Shown piece after piece: positions 53,801 to 64,000 of a stretch of 64,000 nucleotides of DNA. The first letter of the stretch is position 1; the number at the start of each line of letters is the position of its first letter. Where the stretch lies: the NCBI RefSeq assembly GCF_902652985.1, contig NC_047022.1, positions 9,114,001-9,178,000 on the forward strand. Direction: 5' to 3'. The notes under the pieces are model-generated. The model ran no database searches. It saw nothing but the letters and a program-made list of their open reading frames with translations, and had not been told where the DNA came from. This DNA comes from Pecten maximus (Eukaryota). The translations under genes and the position numbers were made by a program.

Positions 53801-56800
53801 TCCTTGATAGTGGTACTACAATGCCAGCACCTCTGTGGCCCAGCCATTTGACGATGTCCCATCCAAGGCCTGTCAACCCACCAACAACAACATACGTTGC
53901 ATTACTATGGAAAAGTGTGTCACCTTTCGCTTTTATGGCCACATCCGTGACATCCCCGCATCTTTTGTCAGGGAGATTGATGGTTTTAAGCTGTAATGAC
54001 TTTACTGCATTTGTCATAAGGTCATGTCGTTTTTGTCGTCTTTGCAGCCATCTCGTTACTTTTGGAAATGTTTTAGCAACATTATTTTCCTCAAACACTT
54101 TCGTCTTTGCAATGGTTTGTACTTTTATTCGTTTTGTACTCAGTTGAATTTTCTTATTTGATAGACAGAGTATCACATCATCAAAGCCTACAATGGTATT
54201 CCCCGGCTGTAAAATGCAGTCTATTTTCTGTTGAGGATAAGTTTGCAACAATACAAACACGCAACCCTTTTGTTGATCGTCCTTAATTATGGAGGCGAAT
54301 GATGTAACTCGAACTTTGCTTTGCCTAACAGTCTCAAGCATGTCACAGAGAAGGAAAACTTCCCAATCTTCAGCCGGGTCTGCTTCAGTCACAACACAAA
54401 CTGTAGATCTGCGCCTAATTATCTCAGTGATGGCCCAAATCAACATGGACTTTATGATTAGACCGGGTTTGTACATTGGCAAGCTTGCTATGTCGCATAC
54501 ACATTGTTTTGGAACGCAGATTCTATTGGAAACTCTCGATGGGTAACATGCCACAACACGGCTGGATCTTTGCGCGCTAAGGATGGTGCCTTGAAACTCT
54601 AACGCAATGACTGGATATCCCCCGCTGTATTCTGACCAAAGTGATTTGCTGATACTCGTTTCCAACTCTGTTAGTCGAAAATCTGTTGGCGAGTGAACAC
54701 ATATTTCCTCAACCAAAAGTATGACCTCATTATTTCGAAGTTCACAGTTTCGATCAACAGGTGTCAGAAATGGGCTCTCAATGCTGTCCCAAGTAATAGA
54801 CTGTAGCTCAAGGTCGCTGTTTGTGTCAGTGGATATGACTCTTTTTTCGCTCTGTAATCCATTCTGTGTCCTTTGCTGTAGAAAGTTACTATGCAACTGT
54901 CCATCAACGATGATAAATTCCGTAAATGAAGGAGGGTTGGACGTAAGAACTTCAATAGTTTTGTGCAATATCGCTAATTGCGAGGCAATTGTAGGCTGCA
55001 CATCTATCAGAATCATTCGACATTTCGTTCCTTCCTGTCTTAAAGATCTAGCAAAACCCCATAATTCAGCACCCAATACATTTTTATCAGTAACTGGTTC
55101 AGGAACGTTTGCTTGTGTGTTCTCAGTAATTACTATCACTGGCTTTTCCAAGTCTTTCACCCTTTGAATGGTGTTAAGGAAGGCGTTACAATTTTTGCAA
55201 ACACGACTAAACAGATCGTTTCTACATTCTCTTTGATTGAACGAATCTGGGACAAATATCAAAACATCCGTCTGTTGTAAATCACTGGAGGTTCCCAATA
55301 CAGCGTTGTCTTCCAAATCAAGCAGACTAAATGATTTTCCTATTGGGTATAAACTTCTCAACATTTCGCATATGTTGCTATCGTCGAAGCAGATTGTAAC
55401 GCTTTCCTGCTCTTTATCGTTCACGTTGTTGCTAATCGCAGGGACATCTTCAACCGCCCAGGTAATCTGATAAGCAAGAGCGTTTACTGTTAAGCCATCG
55501 TTCATAATCTTGTGTTCGATTTCCTTAACTTCAGCTAGTACCAGACCGTCAGGTCTAGTTAGAATGATGTTGGTGATAATCCTGTCATAGACTTTCTGTA
55601 TTACTTGTGTATAACATATCATTTGCTTCTCAAGTCTTCGTAATAAGGATACGCTGCCGAGGCGAATCGGATAAATCTTGTTTAAAGATTTATTGTGAAC
55701 GGAAAAGAAATCCAGAGCACTGGAGTGGAGCATGGCATCTAGAACAGCAGGATGGAAGGCAGTCTGGTTAAGTTGTCTTGTTACATCCTCAGTAAGTTGG
55801 ATATATCCAGTATATTCATCTTTGCCGAATGTAACCGATTCCAAAACCTGGACTGGAGCGCCGTATTTGTAGCCATGTTCAGCTAGTTTGCTGTAAATTG
55901 TATCTCGTTCCATTTGTTTCCCAGTAGGTATGCACAATTCATTAATAGGAACGATGTGGTTTTGTGCACGGTTTTTGTTTGTGATAGATCCTTTGACTAC
56001 GGTCGTCGCATTTTTTAAAATAGAGAAAGATACCCTGATAACACCATTACCCTTTTCTGTAATATCAGATATCAAATCGAGACGAAAGGGCTTTCCTTTG
56101 AACAAGGGAATTGATTTGATAATTTCGTACTCTACATGCATGCTTTCAGCTGATATGCCCATGGTACTCATTCCAAGCTCATATGCCACCTCCGCGTAAA
56201 CAGCGCCTGGAATGATGATGGCGTTGTCTATAGCATGATTATATACAAACGGCGTTGCAGTTGGACTAAAGTTGACGTCAAATTTCCCTGCTGCCTCTTG
56301 TTTTGTGATCATAAGGCATTGGTATGAAGAATCATCAACCAATCCTTGTTTCCTGAGGAAGCGGTAGTCTGATTCAATCATCAAGCGTTTGCCATCAAAC
56401 TGGTAGCTGGGAAGGTCTGTCGGGTTGTCTTTATCTACAATATTTTCCCATTTCGGATTCAGTCCAAGCGCATACAAATGTCCAAGAGTATTTCGCACTT
56501 GTGAAGATCCAGTCTCAAATTTCATGGAAGGAAACGCTGCGACATCTTCATCGTTAAATATATCCCGTAAATGCGCTTTCAAAACAGGCTGGGGACCAAT
56601 TTCTAGGAATATGGTAGACTTCTCATCTGCTGATACCTGAAGTGCCTGATGGAACAAAACTGGTCTAGCGACGTTTTGTTGCCAATACTCCGGAGTGCCG
56701 AAGTCGATTGCAATCTTTCCCGTTACAGTGGAGAATATAGGTATGTTCGGTGTATCGGTTTCTATCCCTTCCAAAGCTTCTTTAATGCGCTTGGCTGAGT

Positions 56801-59800
56801 CTTCTACCTTGTAACTGTGGTAAGCGCAATTTGTTTTCAAATCACTGAAATACGGTATTTCATTACTTTTTTCAGCATCTTCTCTTATGATTGTTTTTGC
56901 TTCTTTCACTTTCAGATCGTCACCAGTTAGTGTGCATGCGACGGGACTGCTGTATACTGCGATCCCGACCTGACCAACCTTGTCACATATCTTGGCTACG
57001 TTTGTGGTATCAGCATTCCTAACCACAAGCATTCTCCCTCCCAATACCTCTGCCAATAATTTTGATCTGTAGTAGATAACTTTAACTGCATCATGCAGGG
57101 ACAGTGCCCCACTACAGTAGGCAGCGGCAACCTCTCCAACAGACTGACCGACGGTCGCATCAGGGCATATTCCCCAATGCTTCCAGAGGTTTGACAGTCC
57201 TACTTGGCAGGCAAAAATGCCAATATGACCAATGAATGGGTCTACCATATCTGCACCTTTTCGTATTTTGTCTGTTATTGACCAGCCTGTAAGTGGCATC
57301 AAATGTATATCTATACTTTGCAGAGTGTCAGCGAAAACATGAAAGTCACTTAAAAGTTCCTTGCCCATATGTGTCCATGCAGTTCCAACACCACAGAACA
57401 CGTACACTAATCTGTAGTTCCTGCCTGGTGTAATATTGCTGCTTGATATCGATTCAATTTCATAAGAGCAACTTTTTGTGAGGTCAGCAATTGTTGACAC
57501 GATGAACATCTTTCGATATCTATGGTGATCCCGTCTACACGAAGCGGTGTAGGCTAATTGCTTCAAACTGTATGGTTCGTTTGTCAATCTTGTTAGCAAG
57601 TTCCTCATTGTTTTTTCTAGGCAGATCTGAGATTTAGCTGAAACAGGAACACATATCATCTTCTCAGCATTTTCCGATCTAGACCTAGATTTGTCTGGTA
57701 TCTCAATCCACTGCCTTACAAAAGCGTGGCTGTTTGTGCCACCAAATCCAAAACAGTTGATGCAAGCAGCTCTGGAGCCATCTTGTAGAGCAGGCCATCG
57801 GTACACGGATGCTGGCACATCGAGGGCATAACCCACAAAGTCTATCTTGGGATTCCTTGGAAGAGAATGGAGGGAGGGTACAATTTTCTGATGCTTCATC
57901 ATAAGAAGAGTTTTGATAAGACTTGCAACCCCAGCTCCGGATTCGAGATGTCCAATGTTAGTTTTAACTGATCCAATAAATCGTTGCCCATACAGTATCG
58001 GATGATCTTTGAAGAAGCGACCAAGACTGTTGACTTCAACAGGGTCACCAATGGGTGTACCAGTTCCTATAAAAATGGGAAAAGAGAGGCACCTAATATT
58101 TCCACCGATGAATTTATATAAAATTACCGTTATAAGGATTTAATATATTAATTGACAGTATTATTAAATTCATAATATATCATAATACATGTATTTATAT
58201 AGCAATCACCGCAATATCTTATAAAATACAATTATTAAATGCAAGATACTGTAGACGGAGACATTTAGGTGACGGCAAATTATGACGGTTTCTCATGATG
58301 GTTTTATTTTGGTCTATATTTACCGTTTTCAAAAAACCCGTGTCAAAGTTTGGCTTGTTTCGATATTCATACTACATTACCGATGTCAAATCAAATACTC
58401 TTCATAGTTGAAAGGATCATAAGGAGTTTTACCAAAATTGTGAATTTCCTGACCTTGGGGTCTCACTTTTGCTCCTGGGAAGGGGGTAACCTTAATTTTA
58501 GTTTACATAGGGAAATCACATTTTTAACTATGATTTGTTTGATTTTTATTGGAATTAACTCTAACTTTGTTAACGTCATCGGCATGGGATGACAGCTTGA
58601 TGGTATGCACTTTTGGCTGACCTCCTTGGTTGATGGGCGGGGCCAAAAAGTGTCAACTAAAATATTTCAAAACTCGTTAAGGCCCTCTTGTTTTCAGGTG
58701 CAGATTTTTTCCAATTCAAGAACTATTCCCCGACACAGCCTAGATGTATTCTCGTCAAAAGTCGTCACCCGACCACATTCCTGTTATTCAACGGAATACC
58801 CATTAAGTTTAATACGTATCAATTGCCTATAGATATTGAAATAAGAACAACCCCAATCACGTGATTTAATATGAACCACCTGGTGATGAAATTCAGAAAT
58901 CTGAAATACGTATATTTAGACTCTAATAATTTCGATGAAACTGGGTATAGAGAAGATTTAAAAAAAAAATCTAACCTTTGCGTGTTTGGACCCAACTATT
59001 AGTCCTTTCGATAGTCAGTAAGGGTCAATATGTTCGTACCTTATATACCATATAAGCAAATTCCAATTGATTTCAAAGGAAATAAAAAAGGATGTTTCAA
59101 AATCTGATTGCGCTATATTAACTTCAGATTTTTTTTTACTTCGTCCTCATTGTGGGATTGGGCGATTGGTTCGCCCGTTGTCAGTATAATGTGACTGGGT
59201 GAGGTGTCTTCAGCAGTATACTTTAACTGAAGTAGCACTAAGATTTTGGCGCCAGTTCCACGTTATCACAAGTAGACAATGACGACCATACCACAGCCCC
59301 CCCCCCCCCCCCCCCCCCCCCCAAAAAAAACAACCCCACACATGATGTTGTGAGTGCGTCTCCTTGAGAAGGTCCGGAACTTTTTGTCGATTTATAGTTC
59401 TACCTCACTGAAGCATACTATGACGTAAGTTTTTTTTTCCTAGCAATTTTTGGTTTTTAGCAGAACGTTTTATAATTTCAGTCAATTTGACCTCTTTTTG
59501 CCTCTTCTATCACGCCCGTGGAATGGGGACCATATAATACAAACATTGTGGTTAGCCTTTGGTTATGGAAAGTTTCTGCGGGACACAATTTTATTAGTAG
59601 TTTGTTGAAAGAAGTCGAAAATGTAACTTGTTTACGGACAGACAATGGTGTTGACCATGGATTAAGGATTATAATAATTATATTAATTAGAAATTTCATA
59701 TTAACATTAATACATTTAAGATAGAAATCTAAATTTCTGATTTTTTAAAAGTGCAATCAAATTTTAAATGATAAATTAATATTTGCCTACCGTGTGCTTC

Positions 59801-61654
59801 TATGTACTGGACATGGCTTGGGTCAATGTTGTAGGAATGGTGATATATATCACTAAGAAGCTTCCTCTGTTGGACCTCAGATGGCGCAGTGATGGGTTTT
59901 GCGGTCTTGCCATCTTGGTTACAGCCCGTACGGATAGTCGCCCATATATGTCTGTTATTTTCAAGAGCCTATGAAAACGTGTTACATAATTACATGTTTG
60001 AATCTGGTTTTAATCTTAAATATAAGAATTTATAAGTTTGATATAAAGTTTATTCCGTCGCTGGAAATAATTTGTTTTAGTTTCGACCGCCGTCACTTTA
60101 AAATGTTTATTTTGGTATCGACCAATCAGACCAGTGCTTCCCAGTAGCCATTCTAAAGTTTTAAGCCATCAGGCTTCGTCAAAGTGACGCGATCCAAGCA
60201 ATTTGATTTAGAAAAGGCTATGGATTTTTTTTTAACACACAGTGGGGAAAATAAGAGCTGGCGCCTTTAGTATTGACTTCTTCATCAGCTTAATAAATAT
60301 TACTTTGAATTTCAAAATGGCGCCATAATGACAAACCCAACGGCGTAATAAATTAGTTCCTAATGACAGGTGAAATACATTTCCATACACTTACACTTTT
60401 GTGATGAGTTTAACAGTTAATTGGTTTACTTAATTGGTATTTGCTTATAAACAATTATCAAACCAAGTCGTTCAATTGGGTTTACTCAGACAGAACCCTA
60501 TGCACATGTCCCCTACCAGATATGAACGGTATGGCTGAATGTATCGAAATAACAAAAATGCTTTATGTTAGCACTAATTACTTATTGACTGAATTCCATA
60601 ATAGACCTTGGGATGTCTCGGCTACGAGACAGAACCCAAAGCTTTTGCTTGCTGGGAAAAACGCATAACTAAAAGCCAAAATTGAGACAGTGTCTTCGGA
60701 GATGCTAGGAAGTACACGTTATTTTTAAAGAAAGAAGTACAGAAAAAAAGTTAAGATCCTAAACTGTGTCGCCTCTTTAAAAGCATCCAATGGGATAGAA
60801 GGTACAATTCTTAAGCCCTAACTAGAGGTAATCCATGTGCACAGACCACTTACATCACTGAGCCGCTCAAGTATGACAATGCCGCATCCCTCTCCTCTTG
60901 CGTAACCATCAGCGTTAGCCGAGAAGGCTTGACACTGTCCGGTAGGTGACGCCATCCGGGCCTTCGTCAGAGTGACAAACATATCTGGATATAGAATACT
61001 GTTGACTCCGCCACAAATCGCCATGGATGACTCACCTAGGTAAATATGATATACCTAGTTAAAACGAATAAACAATAAATTGATGTTTTAATTTAGATCG
61101 GAAACAATTATTCCATTATTATTGTGAGCCTAATATTTTGATGATTTGAAACACATTTCTGAAATCTGATTTTGGTTTTTGAGACATCATACACTGTTAT
61201 CGCAAGTGCATGGAAGAAGAAGAAGAAGAAGAAGAAGAAGAAGAAGAAGAAGAAATATCAACGTTCGTTTTGGGTAGACGATTACTTACCTATTATCAAA
61301 GACTGTGTTGCCAGGTTGATTGCCACGAGAGAAGAGGAACATGCGGTATCTATGGTAAGGGAAGGGCCAAGCAGATTGTAGTTGAAGGACACTCGAGCTG
61401 AAATGATGCTGGTGGCGTCTCCAGTCACGGTGTAATTTGTCAACAGTGAATAGTCCCCGTCTTTGGCCGACTTTGCGTCACTGTTCATTGCGCCAATATA
61501 CACGCTCGTTGGCGAGCCGTCCAAATCTGCTTTCGTGATCCCGCCATCTTCCAATGCCATGTGAGTACATTCGAGGACATATCGTTGCTGGGGGTCCATT
61601 TCGGAAGCCTCCTTTTCCGAAATTTCGAAAAATTCGTTGTCCCAGACATCATGT
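49387..61654 (-). CDS. Animal iterative type I polyketide synthase, KS-AT-DH-psiER-KR-ACP-C-PH-like; exons 61654-61290, 61035-60854, 59968-59791, 58066-51434, 50875-50702, 49523-49387; 5' exon(s) outside the window; ~2555 aa in the window
   Basis: KS: MDPQQR, DTACSSS, EAH/GTGT, KTNIGHLE. AT: GQSVGE, AYHS. DH: YNHAIDNAIIIPG, HPAVLD. KR: GGLTGLG, GAGVLRD, GQTNYGAAN. ACP: LGMES. C domain: SHITFD. All introns are GT-AG with consistent phases (1,0,1,1,1). TGA at 49389-49387. Confidence 0.93.
49770..50165 (-). mobile_element. Degenerate Meta-type SINE in the last PKS intron
   Basis: Reverse-complement similarity to 43515-44046 (ctacctcactga, gccgaagacacc, atgctgagc, aatttagtcgcc). Confidence 0.6.
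51434..58066 (-). CDS. PKS 6633-nt exon (KS C-terminus through AT, DH, psiER, KR, ACP and C domain)
   Basis: Contains nearly all of the 2177-aa ORF. Acceptor tttatag|GA completes the HG/TGT motif; donor TCA G|gtaaat at 51434/51433. Confidence 0.93.
61213..61254. repeat. (GAA)n microsatellite in a PKS intron
   Basis: About 14 perfect GAA units; the source of the poly-K and poly-E spurious ORFs. Confidence 0.95.
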
Positions 61655-64000
61655 CTGTAAAAATAATTTGCAAATTGAACGTTTTTTTAATCATCTTTGT
61701 ATAATCTTTAATTTTGTTTTATCATATCTCATCATGTTGGATAGAGTTTGCCCATGTAAGATAGCTTTGTAGGGAAAATCTATCTTATCTTATCATCTAG
61801 CCAGAAATGTTCGCAGCATGTATCACATTCTTAAAAATCAAGACAACCCATGTTTTAGAAAATATTTGTTTCGCGGTGTATCTGACTCATTTTCACATTT
61901 ATGGTCACTTTCACACGTCAGAATTTAGAAGGATATAGATATATTTAAAACTAACATTTTATTTATTTTTTGAAGAAAAAGATAAACATTTCTGGATTAG
62001 TGTTATTATTTTTCTTGCTTGAAATATTTTACGTTGAACATATTTGCACAGTGACATAGTTAAAGTTGAGATCTGAAGACTTTTAACCTAATAATACATT
62101 TTCATTATAAGTAGATATAGCAATAGTTCAATTATACTGACTGTAACGATTGAAAGTTTAAATTATTTTATTTGTACAAAATAGGGAAATATTAACGATT
62201 TTAAACATAGTATACCGTATATCGGGTTTTTTTTTAGCGAGTGTCTAATTTTCACTATTTTCGCGACCAGACTCGGTCGCGAATTTTAAGATATCGCTAA
62301 AATTAATCACATATCACAGTAAGAGTTAGCTCCCTTGTATGGGGTGTTGTCATGAACCGATCACCTGTTTACACGTGCCGTATACAGGTGTGCTCAATTG
62401 GCCGTGACTTATTTAATAAAAAATGAACTCACAGTTGACCATATGTTTTGTCCTTCGTATAGATATATTTAAAATCATATCGAGAGTGACATTGCCAAGT
62501 GAAACATGGCCATGCTACGATTTGTAATCGTTACGCGGAAGGACAAAGGAAATCTGGTCAGGTACAGACCTGAGTTTGCTGAAGCAAACAAAAGTGTAGA
62601 TACATTATCATTACTGTACTTCGATTTTGTTGTATATGAAACATATGAACGCTAAAATTTGAATTACACGTTGTAAAAACGCTAAAAATGAAATACGCTA
62701 AAAATAAAACGTGTCATTTTGTACAGAAAACGCGAAATTTGGCATACGCTATTTACGGTATTTAAAATATCACGATACATTCTTAGTGTCTGTTGCGTTA
62801 CACAAATATATCTCAGGGGGTCATGAAGTACATCGCTCGTGAAAACAAGTGACAAGGCGGTAACGTTGGACAGGTTAACATAACTGAGATACTTTACACT
62901 ATGAGATATTGAGGTCGATGAATAACTATTCTACGCCGAATAGGGGTTATACATATCTGTATGTCGCTACCTGAGGTACCGTTCACCTAACGACCCCCCC
63001 CCCCCCCCCCCCCCCCCCCACCACAACACCTTTACGGTATTGGTAAATTGAACTTGCGTTGACGTCATCAATGTATGTGCATGTGCCTTCAAGCGTTCAA
63101 TATACGTGGACTTGTCACAAAATTTGAACGGACCGCTTTGTGAAGAATGCGCTGTCAATCGAGGTATGTGTTGTCCCGTAATTGGTTTCAAGAAAGTATT
63201 GTATCGTAACAATGTATATTTTCTTCATTTATCTTGACAAAGCAATAGCTATTCGCAATGAATAATGTTTAATTTGATAAGTAATGGTCAGCTAAGAGAT
63301 GCAGCGAGTAAGCTTGTGTTCAAATGGATTTCTTGGCCACCATCCATGAATAATTCTCATTATTTTGACGGACAAATTTCAAGCTCTACGTCTGTCAAAA
63401 GTGATTTACCGGCAACATGATTTATTTAACATGTCTGTCAGAAGATGGTGTATAACATTAAAGACTTGTTGTTATTTATTTCAAGACCATACTTAAAATT
63501 ACAGGAATTTTGATATTTCAGCAATTGTTTTACCATATCGTACTTGCAGCTAAGGTAGGCCAAGTTTGACAGCCATTTACATTTTTATTTATGTTTGTCC
63601 CCCCCCCCCCCCCCCCCCCCCAGGACACACGTACAAAAACACAAACATTAAAAAAGCATGATGGTTTACTAATTAGAAGTCACGTGTTTGGAGAAATAAA
63701 TTTACACATGTTGAGTAATGACATGTAAGTTTAAGACAGGCAAGTGTCTAATTTAAAAAAAAAAAACGGAAATAGTGCTGATATAGGGGAAATTTATATG
63801 TATTAGATACAGGTAAGGCTGTAGTCATTTACCTGTGAAAACTCATGCATGCATATCTTATCAGTGAGGTTATTTTACCGATCGCAACGAAAATGTTTTA
63901 ATTAAAATAACTTAAATTCTGAAGATGAATCATGTTGCTAATAGAATAATAAAACTATAAAATTGAATTTGAATTATGAAACATGTGATAAAATGCATAT

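Noticed and set aside
52380-56640. Plus-strand ORFs overlapping the PKS exon
   Set aside because: Antisense shadows of a long coding exon, with no independent motifs.
1-61654. Receptor, C1q, CUB and PKS genes as one biosynthetic cluster
   Set aside because: No tailoring enzymes, PPTase or transporter are seen; adjacency alone does not show a functional link in an animal genome.
49387-61654. Canonical fatty acid synthase (FASN) or bacterial contaminant
   Set aside because: No TE, a degenerate ER and a C-domain terminus argue against FASN; GT-AG introns containing host SINEs argue against contamination.
61655-64000. First PKS exon (KS N-terminus)
   Set aside because: I found no IAIVG..CRFPG/FW-type sequence on the minus strand; it presumably lies beyond the window.

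Overview
AT-rich, intron-containing animal DNA, most likely from a bivalve mollusc. This is inferred from the SINE families, the Helentron-type satellite carrier, the C1q-domain gene and the SMB-7TM receptors. I can rebuild five gene models with frame-consistent GT-AG splicing. (1) A partial, frameshifted family-B/adhesion-like 7TM receptor (1-1357). (2) Its intact tandem paralogue, a 2-exon somatomedin-B + 7TM receptor (2973-7980, ~835 aa). (3) A secreted coiled-coil + C1q-domain gene (minus, 17145-15180). (4) A 5-exon single-CUB type I membrane protein (26836-34888, ~252 aa). (5) A large iterative type I PKS on the minus strand (61654-49387; the 5' exon(s) lie outside the window). The main finding is the PKS architecture, KS-AT-DH-[degenerate ER]-KR-ACP-Condensation-PH-like. 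It has no thioesterase, an NRPS-type C domain as the apparent release module, and two 3' exons that the ORF track never joins to it, which add a pleckstrin-homology-like domain. This suggests a membrane-targeted synthase that makes a polyene and couples it to an acceptor. A second notable item is a complete type I hammerhead-ribozyme fold beside a 372-bp tandem repeat carrying a tRNA-like Pol III head, both sitting inside a (TA)n tract. The rest is satellites (20, 31, ~35, 42, 63 and 155 bp units), SINEs, MITE-like palindromes and a decayed LINE. All domain and family calls come from reading motifs by eye; no database search was run.
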